From: Collinsella sp.
GTDB taxonomy: Bacteria; Actinomycetota; Coriobacteriia; Coriobacteriales; Coriobacteriaceae
Reading direction: 5' to 3'
Assembly: GCA_018368055.1 (NCBI GenBank)
Contig: JAGZFB010000001.1
Location: 22,426-86,425, forward strand
DNA length: 64,000 bases
Shown here: piece by piece, positions 30,849 to 40,087 of the stretch
How positions within the stretch are numbered: the first letter of the stretch is position 1
Layout: each line of letters starts with the position of its first letter
Translations under genes and position numbers: made by a program
Notes under the pieces: model-generated
What the model was told of the DNA's origin: nothing
The model's input: the letters and a program-made list of their open reading frames with translations, nothing else
The model's database searches: none

Positions 30849-31819
30849 GCCATCGCCCCCACGGCGAGCACGACCGCCGCGCGCGCGGCGCCGAAGACGG
30901 CGAGCGCGCATACGGACGCGGCGAGCATGAGCCTTGTCGCCCGGGCGATGTCGCCCCACTCGATTTCGCGGGACGCGTCGCCTATCGTCGGTTTCTCAAC
31001 GAGCTTGCCGAAATACACCGCGGGTCCTGCCAGGCGCAGCCCGAGCGCGCCCGCGCACGCTGACTCGGTCTGCGCCGCGTTCGGACTCGCATGGCGACGC
31101 CTGTCGCGGCGCCAGATACGCGCCGCCCCGCGCGCGTCGAGCCCGACGATCGGGCACACGGCGATCATGAGCAGGGCCGATAAGCGCGAGGGAATCCAGT
31201 TCACCGCATCGTCGAGGCGCGCCGAGGCGCAGCCGAAGTCGATGTAGCGCTCGTTTTTGTAGCCCACCATGCTGTCGAGCGTGTTCACAGCCTTGTACGC
31301 CATGCCCAAGGGCGCACCCCCGATCATAAGGTAGAAAAGCGGCGCGATGACGCCGTCGCTCGCGTTCTCCGCCACCGTTTCCACGGCGGCGCGCGCAACG
31401 CCCTGCTCGTCGAGAACAGACGTGTCGCGTCCCACGATGAGCCCGACTGTTTCGCGCGCCGCGACAAGGCCGCCCTTCGAGAACGCGCGGGCCACGGCCA
31501 GGCTCTGGCGGCGCAGCTCGCATGCCGCAAGAATCTGATAGCTCGCCCATGCCTCGGCCACGAAGCGCAAGCCGGGGTGAACCATGCCGCAAAGATGCAG
31601 GATTCCCCAGGTCAAAAGCCCACACGCAAGCGGAAGCGCCACGGCGAGCACAAGCCCTGCGGCGCGCGTGCCCGCGGACGTTTGCGGGAACGCGCCCCGC
31701 AGGCGGCCTTCGGCCCACGTGATCGCGCGCCCCATGGCGACGACGGGATGGGGAAGCCAGCGCGGGTCGCCGAAGGCAAGGTCGGCCGCGAACCCGGCGG
31801 CGACGGCAAAAATCGTCAT
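30845..31819 (-). CDS. cbiB: adenosylcobinamide-phosphate synthase
   Basis: Polytopic membrane protein of the CbiB/CobD family. Start set at MTIFAV; overlaps neighbours by a few nt. Confidence 0.8.
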   Translation of the reverse strand: MTIFAVAAGFAADLAFGDPRWLPHPVVAMGRAITWAEGRLRGAFPQTSAGTRAAGLVLAVALPLACGLLTWGILHLCGMVHPGLRFVAEAWASYQILAACELRRQSLAVARAFSKGGLVAARETVGLIVGRDTSVLDEQGVARAAVETVAENASDGVIAPLFYLMIGGAPLGMAYKAVNTLDSMVGYKNERYIDFGCASARLDDAVNWIPSRLSALLMIAVCPIVGLDARGAARIWRRDRRRHASPNAAQTESACAGALGLRLAGPAVYFGKLVEKPTIGDASREIEWGDIARATRLMLAASVCALAVFGAARAAVVLAVGAMA

Positions 31820-32820
31820 CACCGGGCATCGCTCCCCGAAGCGGGGCGAACGTCGCGAAGGCAGCGCCCATCCCAGGTGACAGCCCATGCGCCGCCCGGC
31901 TCGGTATGCACGTCGAAGTATCCCATTTTCGGGACAGCTAGCTCGGAGAGCAGCGCTTTCACGGTACCCGCGTGAACGACGAAGACGGCGCGCCCACTCC
32001 CCTGGGCACGCTCCGATTCGCACACCTCCCGAAACGCCGCGACGACGCGGCGGGTGAAATCACTCTTGCCCTCGCCATGCGGGCAGCGCGTCTCGCACCA
32101 GGAGTCTACCCAGGCGCGGTAGCGCGCATCCTCTTTAAGCTCGGCGGCGCTTCGCCCCTCGAAGTCGCCGAAATCCATCTCGCGCAGACCGGGGCACGCC
32201 ATAAGCTCCGCGTTCGGGAAGAGGATGCGCGCCGTCTGGTCGGTGCGGACCATGCCGCTCGTGATAACACGGAACACGTCACGATCGCACGCGAGGTCGC
32301 GCAAAGCGCGCTCACCCGCGCTCGACAGGGGCTCGTCGGTGCCTGCCCCGCTGTAGCGATGGTCTTCCGTGCCCGCCGTGGCACCATGGCGCACGAAGAC
32401 GACTTCCAAAGGCGCGACCGCGCCCTGCGTCCCTCGAGGCGCATCGGCAAGGTTTCCTTTGATGACCTGGGGAATCCCGCACGTCATGCGCACGACGACG
32501 TCGGCGCGCGCAGCGAGCGCGCATCCCAGGCGCCCCGCGCGCTCGCGCCATTGGGCGTCTTCCGCATGCATAGGGACGACCCCCGAGCCGACCAAGGACA
32601 GAATCACTGCGTCGAAGCCGATCAGCCGCTCGAGCGCCGGGTCAGCGTCGAGCGCGCGTACGAGTTCCTCAGCACGGTACGCGACGCGGCCGGCAAAAAC
32701 CGCGGGCACGCCGCCCTCCGCAAGCTGCGCCGCGTCGACGAAATCGTCCGCCGCGAACCCGAGCCTTTCGCGCACGAAGGTCCTCTTCCCCGAATGCGCG
32801 CCACCTACCACGAGAATCAT
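31819..32820 (-). CDS. cobC: fusion: degenerate CobU-like P-loop domain + alpha-ribazole phosphatase (histidine phosphatase, CobC)
   Basis: N-terminal MILVVGGAHSGKRTF P-loop and GIPQVIKG (compare CobU GIPVWMKG). C-terminal half has the RHG phosphoglycerate-mutase-family motif VVFVRHGATA. Confidence 0.65.
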   Translation of the reverse strand: MILVVGGAHSGKRTFVRERLGFAADDFVDAAQLAEGGVPAVFAGRVAYRAEELVRALDADPALERLIGFDAVILSLVGSGVVPMHAEDAQWRERAGRLGCALAARADVVVRMTCGIPQVIKGNLADAPRGTQGAVAPLEVVFVRHGATAGTEDHRYSGAGTDEPLSSAGERALRDLACDRDVFRVITSGMVRTDQTARILFPNAELMACPGLREMDFGDFEGRSAAELKEDARYRAWVDSWCETRCPHGEGKSDFTRRVVAAFREVCESERAQGSGRAVFVVHAGTVKALLSELAVPKMGYFDVHTEPGGAWAVTWDGRCLRDVRPASGSDAR

Positions 32821-33629
32821 AGGAGCATGCCCCCCGCCACCAGCATGGCAAGCATCGCGAGCTCGGCCCATTGCAGAAACCATCCGGCCAAATCACCCGT
32901 CACCCCGCCGAAGCGGGACAGGGCAACATGGCGGTACCACGCGAGCGCCAAAAGCCCCGCCACCGCCATAAGGGCGCCGACGGCCCGAACGCACGCGACC
33001 ATCCCTGCAGCCGAAGCCGCAGCGAAAGCGCAAAGCGGCACGACGATCACCGCGCGCCTCTTCGCAGGCGAGAGCCCCGCGGCCATGCCGTCCGCCCGCG
33101 CGGCAGGCCAGCATTCTACGGCGAGCCCCGAAAGCGCGCGGGAGAACACGAGCGAGCACAGAAGTGCGAGGAACGACCCCGCCGTAAGCGGCAGCGCGGT
33201 GAACAGGGAAAACTGCAGAATAAGGTACACGACAACACCAATGACCCCGAAGGCGCCCGCCCGCGGGTCGTGCATGATCTCGAGCTTTCGCTCGCGCGGG
33301 GCCCAACTTGCAAGCGCATCGGAGGTGTCGCAGAGCCCGTCTAGGTGGATGCCTCCCGTCACCGCCACAGGCAACGCCACGAGCACGGCCGCGACGATGG
33401 TCGCGGGCGCGCCGAGCAGGTTCGCCATGTGCCCCCACGCCGTCATGAGGAAGCCTTCCGCAACGCCCACCAGGGGAAACGCGGCAAGCGCATGGGTTGA
33501 TCCGAAATCGGTCCAGGCCGATTTCGGGACGGGGATGCGCGAGAACGTTCCGAACGCCGCGCCGATTGCCTCTGCTATCTTCACCTTGTAGGTCCTTCGC
33601 CTTTCATCCACACGGGAATCCCGCATACC
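32817..33629 (-). CDS. cobS: adenosylcobinamide-GDP ribazoletransferase (cobalamin synthase)
   Basis: Multi-TM protein with the CobS DGLCDTSDA motif. Start is uncertain; it overlaps the cobU 3' end. Confidence 0.75.
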   Translation of the reverse strand, partial: GMRDSRVDERRRTYKVKIAEAIGAAFGTFSRIPVPKSAWTDFGSTHALAAFPLVGVAEGFLMTAWGHMANLLGAPATIVAAVLVALPVAVTGGIHLDGLCDTSDALASWAPRERKLEIMHDPRAGAFGVIGVVVYLILQFSLFTALPLTAGSFLALLCSLVFSRALSGLAVECWPAARADGMAAGLSPAKRRAVIVVPLCAFAAASAAGMVACVRAVGALMAVAGLLALAWYRHVALSRFGGVTGDLAGWFLQWAELAMLAMLVAGGMLL

Positions 33630-34129
33630 ACTTCGACTGCGCGGTCGGCCAGCGCCGCCACGCCCGCGTTCACGCGCGCGAGCGCGCGCCTCCATCCCTC
33701 GGTCCCCTCATCGTAGCGCATCCCATCGGCGAACACGTCGACGGAGACCACCACCGTATACGCAGCGGCCTGAGTGAGTCGTTCGATGCCTCCGAGCACC
33801 TCGCGCGCCACAGCGTCGGGGTCACGTGGGGACAAGCCGCCTTCCGCGAAGAGCTCGTTCGCAACCAGGTTGCCCACGTCCTCCAAAAGAAGCGTGCAGC
33901 CGCGCGGAAGCCCGGGCACTGCGGCGCCCACGTCACGCGTGCGCTCGAGGGTGGAAAACCCCTTGCCCTCGCGCATCGCCCGATGGCGCGCGATACGGCG
34001 GGTGCCCTCTTCCCCGAAGGGCTCCATCGTTGCCAGGTACACGCGGGGGCCGTCGTGCCCGAGGCACAGGGACTCGGCATAGGCGCTCTTGCCGCTCGCG
34101 GCGGCGCCGATAACGAACGTCACCGTCAT
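33581..34129 (-). CDS. cobU: bifunctional adenosylcobinamide kinase / adenosylcobinamide-phosphate guanylyltransferase
   Basis: 182 aa with VIGAAASGKS P-loop and an HR...R region. Canonical CobU size. Confidence 0.85.
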   Translation of the reverse strand: MTVTFVIGAAASGKSAYAESLCLGHDGPRVYLATMEPFGEEGTRRIARHRAMREGKGFSTLERTRDVGAAVPGLPRGCTLLLEDVGNLVANELFAEGGLSPRDPDAVAREVLGGIERLTQAAAYTVVVSVDVFADGMRYDEGTEGWRRALARVNAGVAALADRAVEVVCGIPVWMKGEGPTR

Positions 34130-35268
34130 TTCCCGGCCTCGAAATGCTCGTAAGCAGCCATGCCAGTCGCCGTGAACGTCTTCCCATCCCGGTACACGCG
34201 CAGCGCCGAATCCAGAAGGGGCAGATACGCCATGGCGCCCGCGCCCTCGCCCAAGTGCATGCCTGCGTCGAGGGGTGCCTTTATGCCGAGCTCGCGAAGG
34301 AGCTCCTGGCTTGCGGGTTCGCTAGATGCGTGGGTGCCCACGAGGTAGCCCAAGGCGTTGGGGCACAGGCGCACCGCGCACAGGGCCGCCGTGCAGGATA
34401 TGACCCCGTCGAGGAGCGCCGGCGCCTTCGAGGCCGCGGCCCCCAGGTAGAAGCCACACATCGCCGCGATGTCGAAGCCGCCCACCTTCGAGAGCACGTC
34501 GATCGGGTCGGCGGGATCGGGCGAGTTCGCGTCGATAGCGCGCTCGACCACGTCGCGCTTGCGCGCGAGCGAGGTGTCCGAGAGCCCCGCGCCGCGCCCG
34601 ACGAGGCTCCGCGCGTCCGCTCGGATGAGCACTGCGGCCACCGCCGCCGAGGTGGTCGTGTTGCCGATGCCCATCTCGCCCGCGGCGAGAAGGCGCACGC
34701 CGGCGCGGGCGAGCCCGCACGCGACGGCGATTCCGACCTCGATCGCGCGCACGGCCCCATCGCGAGACATGGCGGAGCCGTGCGCGATGTTGCCGCTCCC
34801 CCGCCGCACGTTCGCGCGCACCATGCGAGCGTCTTCTATGCCCCGGGCCATACCCACGTCGACGGGCACGACCTCGGCACCCGCGAACGCCGCCATGCGG
34901 CAGGCGCTCGTGGCCCCCTCGCACATGTTGCGCGCGACGGCTCGCGTAACGTCTTGCCCGCTTTGCGACACGCCCTCGGCAACGACCCCGTTGTCGGAGA
35001 AGAATACCGCGAGCGCACGGGGAAACTCGGCCACCTCGGCGCTCCCCTGAGCTGCGGCGATACGCGCGACGGCGTCTTCAAAGTCGCCCAATCCCCCCAA
35101 AGGATGCGCGATGGAATCCCACGCGGCGTACGCGGCGGCGCGGGCACACTCATCTGCGGGCGCGATCCGGGAGAGCGCGGCTTCGAGCACGGCGCCCGGC
35201 GCCGACGAGAACGCGCGCTCGACTTCCTCGCGGATGCAGGCAAGCGCGGTTTCGGTTGCTTCAGCCAT
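34126..35268 (-). CDS. cobT: nicotinate-nucleotide--dimethylbenzimidazole phosphoribosyltransferase
   Basis: CobT family (GEMGIGNTT..., MHLGEGAGA). Start set at MAEATE. Confidence 0.85.
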   Translation of the reverse strand: MAEATETALACIREEVERAFSSAPGAVLEAALSRIAPADECARAAAYAAWDSIAHPLGGLGDFEDAVARIAAAQGSAEVAEFPRALAVFFSDNGVVAEGVSQSGQDVTRAVARNMCEGATSACRMAAFAGAEVVPVDVGMARGIEDARMVRANVRRGSGNIAHGSAMSRDGAVRAIEVGIAVACGLARAGVRLLAAGEMGIGNTTTSAAVAAVLIRADARSLVGRGAGLSDTSLARKRDVVERAIDANSPDPADPIDVLSKVGGFDIAAMCGFYLGAAASKAPALLDGVISCTAALCAVRLCPNALGYLVGTHASSEPASQELLRELGIKAPLDAGMHLGEGAGAMAYLPLLDSALRVYRDGKTFTATGMAAYEHFEAGK

Positions 35269-36619
35269 GCCGTCTCCTCTCTGCGAACGACGCTGTGGCA
35301 GACGCGAACGCGCGCGCAACGTCGGGGTTCGCAGGATAGTACACATGCGGGAAGCCCGCAACCAGGGCCGGGGTGGTCGTCATGCACGGCCAGCCCTTGT
35401 CGCGCCGGGGCTTCTGCGCCCAGAAGTCGCCGCCCGGGCAGGTGGACTGCCAGTAGTGGAACTCGTGCGCGCGGATGCGTGTGCCGCGCGGCCCGTAGAG
35501 CCCGTAACGTTGGGAAGTGAGCTCCACGTACCCGAAATGGGACAGCCTTCCCCCGTTCTCGCTTGCGCCCTCAAGGGCGCCCGCAACAGGCCAGCGCCGC
35601 CCCTCGCTATCGGAGATTTCGCGCTGCAGGTACAGAAACCCACCGCATTCGGCAACCGTCGGCATGCCGGATTCCACCGCACGCAGCACCGCCTCGCGCA
35701 TCGGCGCGTTCTCGGAGAGCTGCCGCGCATGGAGCTCCGGGTAGCCGCCTCCCAGATAGAGGGCGCTTGTCCCCCGGGGCAACTCGCTATCACACAGGGG
35801 GCTGAAAAAGGCCAGCTCGCAACCCAGGTCCTCGAGCGCGCGCAGGTTCTCCTCGTAGTAGAACGAGAACGCCTCGTCACGTGCGACGGCGACGATGGGC
35901 CGCGCTCCCGCGATCGGCTCCAACCGGTAAGGTTCCTCGCGGATATCGGGTGCCGTCGCCGCTATTTCGAGCAAGCGGTCGACGTCGACGCTCTTTTCCA
36001 CCAGCTCGGCCATCTTGTCGATGCGCGCGGAGAGCTGCTCGACCTCGTCGGCGGTCACAAGCCCCAAATGCCGGCTTTCGAGCGAGAACGCATCGTCGGC
36101 GGGGATATTCCCCAAAACCGCGACACCCGTGTGCTTCTCGATCGCAGGCTTCGCGTAGGCGCAGGCAGCGGCGCTCGTCTTGTTCAGCACGACGCCGCGC
36201 ACGTTCGCACAAGGCAGGAACTCGGCGATGCCGCGGATTACGGCGGCGAGCGATAAAGACGCCCCGCGCCCGTTCACCACTAAAACGACCGGCGTTTCCG
36301 TGTCGCACGCAACCTGGTAGCTGCTCGCATCGGCCACGCCGGGCGCCATGCCGTCGTAGAAGCCCATGGCCCCCTCGAGCACCGCGACATCCGCGCCCGC
36401 AGCGCCGCGTGCGAGCAGGGCGCGCAGCGTCGGGGCGTCGGTGAAGAAGCCGTCTAAGTTGCCCGAGCGCGCACCCACGACGCGGCGATGAAAGAGCGGG
36501 TCAATGTAGTCGGGGCCGCATTTGAAGGCCGCGCATGCGAGGCCGCGGCGCGCAAGCGCGCGCAGGAGCGCGCACGTAACGACCGTCTTGCCGCTCCCGC
36601 TCGAGGGCGCAGCGACCAT
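35261..36619 (-). CDS. cbiA: cobyrinate a,c-diamide synthase
   Basis: N-terminal MVAAPSSGSGKT ATPase and C-terminal GATase domain (ECGGFLYL). Start approximate. Confidence 0.85.
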   Translation of the reverse strand: MVAAPSSGSGKTVVTCALLRALARRGLACAAFKCGPDYIDPLFHRRVVGARSGNLDGFFTDAPTLRALLARGAAGADVAVLEGAMGFYDGMAPGVADASSYQVACDTETPVVLVVNGRGASLSLAAVIRGIAEFLPCANVRGVVLNKTSAAACAYAKPAIEKHTGVAVLGNIPADDAFSLESRHLGLVTADEVEQLSARIDKMAELVEKSVDVDRLLEIAATAPDIREEPYRLEPIAGARPIVAVARDEAFSFYYEENLRALEDLGCELAFFSPLCDSELPRGTSALYLGGGYPELHARQLSENAPMREAVLRAVESGMPTVAECGGFLYLQREISDSEGRRWPVAGALEGASENGGRLSHFGYVELTSQRYGLYGPRGTRIRAHEFHYWQSTCPGGDFWAQKPRRDKGWPCMTTTPALVAGFPHVYYPANPDVARAFASATASFAERRRHG

Positions 36620-36639
36620 GAAGCGAGGGATGGTCGTGC

Positions 36640-37989
36640 TCACCGGGCGCCGCCTTCCCCACCTGCACCACGCGCGCTGACGAGGAACACGGGGTTTTGC
36701 GCCTTCATAAGATGGTGCGAGCCTACAGCCTCGGCGCGGGCGGCCGACACCTGGCACGCCTCGAACCCCTTAAAGCGCGAACCCGAGAGGAGCGCGCACG
36801 CCTCGGTGAGCGTCTCAACGGTGACGCATGGCACGCACAGGCGAACCTGCGAGTTCTTCTCGAGCGCCGCCTCCACGATGGAGGGAAGCTCGCCCGCGCT
36901 CCCGCCGACGAACACGGCGTCGGGGACGGGCAGTTTCGCGAGCGCTTCGGGGGCGACACCGGGGATCGCATGCACGTTGCCGCACCCGAATGCATCCGCG
37001 TTCTCTCGGATGAGCCGCACGCCGGCCGCGTTGCGCTCGACCGCCCATACCGACCCCGTTCGCGCGACGAGCGCCGCCTCAATCGACACGCTCCCCGTGC
37101 CGGCGCCGACGTCCCACACGGTGTCGGTCGCGGTAAGGCGCAGCTTCGCGAGCGCGACGGCGCGCACCTCCTGCTTGGTCATGGGAACGTCGCCGCGGAT
37201 GAAAAGCTCGTCGGGAATGCCCGAGGAAGCGTACGGCCAGCGGGAGCTCGCGGCGCGGGATGCGCCCGCAAAGTCCGCCGCGGAAGAAGCCGCCGCGGGC
37301 GCGGACGCGCCGGCCGGCGCCTCGGAGGCTGCGCTAGAGCCCACAGGCGACCCGGCGCCGCTTGCGAACTCGATAAGCATCACGTTCAAGTCGTCGAACG
37401 TCTGACCTGCGATTTCACTTGCGGTCGCGCAGGTGATGCGCTCGTTGGGGTACGACAGGCGCTCGGCCACCGTCACGCGCGCGTCCCCGAAGCCCGCCTG
37501 CACAAGCTCGCCCGAAAGCCGCGAGGGGTCGTCCCCGCCCGACGTGGCGAGGAAGAGCTCGCCTGAGCGCTCGGCCTCGGCCACGATGTCGCACGCCACG
37601 CCGTGAGCGCTCGCGAAGCGCCAATCCTGCCATGGACGCGCGAGGCGCGCGGCGAGATACGACGCTGAGCTTATGCCGGGAATGATGCGCACGTCCACCT
37701 GCGCGTCGCCGGAGAGCGCCTCCACCAGGCGGCGCGCGCCGCTGAACAGCCCCACATCGCCCGTCATCACGACCACGGCGCGCTGCCACGACGCCGCATC
37801 GGTGAGCGCGGTGACGATGTCCGCCGTCTTCACGAGCTCGCATCTCACCACGTCGGGCGGCACGTCGATGCCGGCAAGCGCGCGATGAGCGCCGATGACC
37901 ACGTCGGCGATGTCGATCGCGTCGAGCGCCGCGCGCGAGAGCAAGTCGGGGTTTCCGGGCCCCGCCCCGATGATCGTTACCTTTCGCAT
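36640..37989 (-). CDS. cbiET: cobalt-precorrin-6B/7 methyltransferase and decarboxylase (CbiE-CbiT fusion, CobL-like)
   Basis: N-terminal tetrapyrrole methylase domain (VTIIGAGPGNPDLL), Ala/Ser-rich linker, C-terminal class I SAM-MTase (VWDVGAGTGSVSIE). Confidence 0.8.
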   Translation of the reverse strand: MRKVTIIGAGPGNPDLLSRAALDAIDIADVVIGAHRALAGIDVPPDVVRCELVKTADIVTALTDAASWQRAVVVMTGDVGLFSGARRLVEALSGDAQVDVRIIPGISSASYLAARLARPWQDWRFASAHGVACDIVAEAERSGELFLATSGGDDPSRLSGELVQAGFGDARVTVAERLSYPNERITCATASEIAGQTFDDLNVMLIEFASGAGSPVGSSAASEAPAGASAPAAASSAADFAGASRAASSRWPYASSGIPDELFIRGDVPMTKQEVRAVALAKLRLTATDTVWDVGAGTGSVSIEAALVARTGSVWAVERNAAGVRLIRENADAFGCGNVHAIPGVAPEALAKLPVPDAVFVGGSAGELPSIVEAALEKNSQVRLCVPCVTVETLTEACALLSGSRFKGFEACQVSAARAEAVGSHHLMKAQNPVFLVSARGAGGEGGAR

Positions 37990-38723
37990 GGAATCTCCCG
38001 ATACCCGCGCGGCGTGACCATACGGCCGCCTACGAGCTTCGTGTCCGCGTTGCCGACGAACACGGTGGTGAACATGTCGGCGTCGATCTCCCCCAGCTCG
38101 GAGAGCCTGCACATGCCCGACTGCTGCCCCTCGCGCCCGATGTTACGTACCCAGCCGCAGAGCGTGTCGGGGGCCTTCCATTCGAGCATAATCTTCGCCG
38201 CGCGTGAGAGCCTGTCGGCGCGCTTTCTGCTGCGCGGGTTGTACAAACAGATGCAGAAGTCGGCGCTCGCCACGGCGGCGAGCCTGCGCTCGATGACCTC
38301 CCATGGCGTGAGCAGGTCGGAGAGCGACACGACCGCGAAGTCGTGGGCAAGCGGGGCGCCGAGCACCGCCGACCCGCTCTGAGCCGCGGTGGCCCCGGCG
38401 ATAACTTCCACGTCTACATCGGGGTAGTCCTCCGCAAGCTCCAGCACGGGGCTCGCCATGCCGTACACGCCCGCGTCGCCGCTGCACACGAGCGCCACGG
38501 CTTCTCCACTCTGCGCGCGCGAAAGCGCAAGGCGGCACCGTTCGACCTCGTGCATCATCGGCGTCGCGAGATGCGCCGCGTCGGGCACGGCGGCGAGCGC
38601 GAGCTCCACGTATTTCGTGTAACCCACAACGACGTCGGACGCCTCGAGCGCACGCCGAGCCGCAATCGTCATGCCGTCGGGGCCGCCCGGGCCGATTCCC
38701 ACCACGAAGAGCTTTCCCATCAC
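37977..38723 (-). CDS. cbiH: cobalt-precorrin-3B C17-methyltransferase
   Basis: MMGKLFVVGIGPGGPDGMT; class III tetrapyrrole methylase. Confidence 0.8.
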   Translation of the reverse strand: MMGKLFVVGIGPGGPDGMTIAARRALEASDVVVGYTKYVELALAAVPDAAHLATPMMHEVERCRLALSRAQSGEAVALVCSGDAGVYGMASPVLELAEDYPDVDVEVIAGATAAQSGSAVLGAPLAHDFAVVSLSDLLTPWEVIERRLAAVASADFCICLYNPRSRKRADRLSRAAKIMLEWKAPDTLCGWVRNIGREGQQSGMCRLSELGEIDADMFTTVFVGNADTKLVGGRMVTPRGYREIPCER

Positions 38724-39853
38724 CGCTCCTTAAACGAAAGTTTAATAGTTACCTTGGAAAACGCGACGGTCACGCCGCCGTGAGCGAGCTTCGGGAAGAT
38801 AAGTTTGCCCCCCTCCGCGAGCGCTGCCCGCTCGCACACGTTGTCGACCCCCACCGTCGCGCGCACGAAATCAGATGGCGAAACGCTGCCTTCGACCTGC
38901 GACAACTCCTCTGCGGAATACGTCGCAAGCGGGATATTGCGCGCGCAGCAGAAGGCGAGCAGACCCTCCTCGTGCGCCTTCACGTCGATCGTCGCCGCCT
39001 CGCGCACGGCCGAAGGCGAGATACCCACCTGCCCGCACGCGAGAAGAAACGCCTCCTCGATCGCTTCGGCGCACGCACCGCGACGGCATCCTATGCCCGC
39101 AACGATGCAGGGCACGACAAGGCGAAGCGGCTCGGGCGCAGGCGCCTGCGCCCGCACGCCCGCCGGCTTCCCCGTCTCACCGGCGGGCACGACCTCGCCC
39201 GTTGTCTCCGCCGCACGAACGGACGCACCTGCATTCGCGCCAGCGAACGGCGACACGACGATATCGGCCCGAGCGCGGTCGGACGCAATGTCAACCCCCT
39301 CAGGCGGCTGTCCCGAAATCGGCATGTCGGAATAGAGCGCCACGCGCCCGCCCGAAAGCAGCCGCGCCGACACTCGCTTGATGGCCTCGGGATTCGAAAC
39401 GGCGAGCCCCGCACAGCGCGCCCACGTATCCACCGCCCACACGCCGCGGACGTCGGTCGCCGTGGTGATGACGGGGATGGCCCCTGCCGCGCGTGCCACA
39501 GTTTGCGCAAGCTCGTTCGCACCGCCCAAATGCCCCGACAAAAGCGGGACGGCAAAGCGCCCCGCCTCGTCGATCGCCACAACCGCGGGATCGTTTGCCT
39601 TCGAGGCGACATGCGGCGCGATCGCCCGCACGGCGATGCCCGCCGCGCCCACGAACAGAAGCGCGTCCGACGCTTCCCACGCGAGCGCCGTCCATGCGCG
39701 CAGGTCGGCCTTCCCCTCGCCGAACCCGCGCGAAACGGAAACGTCCCAGCCAGGGTCGTCTTCACCTGTCTGCGCGCAATAGGAAAGCGCGTGTGCGGTG
39801 CGCACCGCCAACGCATACCCCCTCTCAGTGAACGCTATGCAGGAAACCCTCAT
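38720..39853 (-). CDS. cbiG: cobalt-precorrin-5A hydrolase
   Basis: 377 aa, two-domain CbiG architecture. Position between cbiD and cbiH is conserved. Confidence 0.7.
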   Translation of the reverse strand: MRVSCIAFTERGYALAVRTAHALSYCAQTGEDDPGWDVSVSRGFGEGKADLRAWTALAWEASDALLFVGAAGIAVRAIAPHVASKANDPAVVAIDEAGRFAVPLLSGHLGGANELAQTVARAAGAIPVITTATDVRGVWAVDTWARCAGLAVSNPEAIKRVSARLLSGGRVALYSDMPISGQPPEGVDIASDRARADIVVSPFAGANAGASVRAAETTGEVVPAGETGKPAGVRAQAPAPEPLRLVVPCIVAGIGCRRGACAEAIEEAFLLACGQVGISPSAVREAATIDVKAHEEGLLAFCCARNIPLATYSAEELSQVEGSVSPSDFVRATVGVDNVCERAALAEGGKLIFPKLAHGGVTVAFSKVTIKLSFKER

Positions 39854-40087
39854 CTAGCGCACCACCATCGTCGAGAAGTAGCTGCCCCGATCGGGCACAT
39901 CGTCGAGCGAGCGGTACACGCGCTCGCCCGGAAGCCCACAGTCCTCTACAAGCTCAGCACCGTCGAAGGCACCCTCCTCGCAAAGGAAGCGCTTCGTGTC
40001 CGCAAGCGAGCGGCGCGCCTTCATGACCACCTTCGTCCCCGGCCAGCCGATTGCACGGCGCACCCCGTACAGAACGCCTTTACTCAT
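39854..40087 (-). pseudogene. 77-aa ORF resembling the C-terminal end of a class III tetrapyrrole methyltransferase (possible cbiL remnant)
   Basis: ...GLPGERVYRSLDDVPDRGSYFSTMVVR resembles the conserved methylase C-terminus (P-ERV-RGTL..L....ALIVVG). There is no room for the approx. 150-aa N-terminal domain between cbiD and cbiG. Confidence 0.35.
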
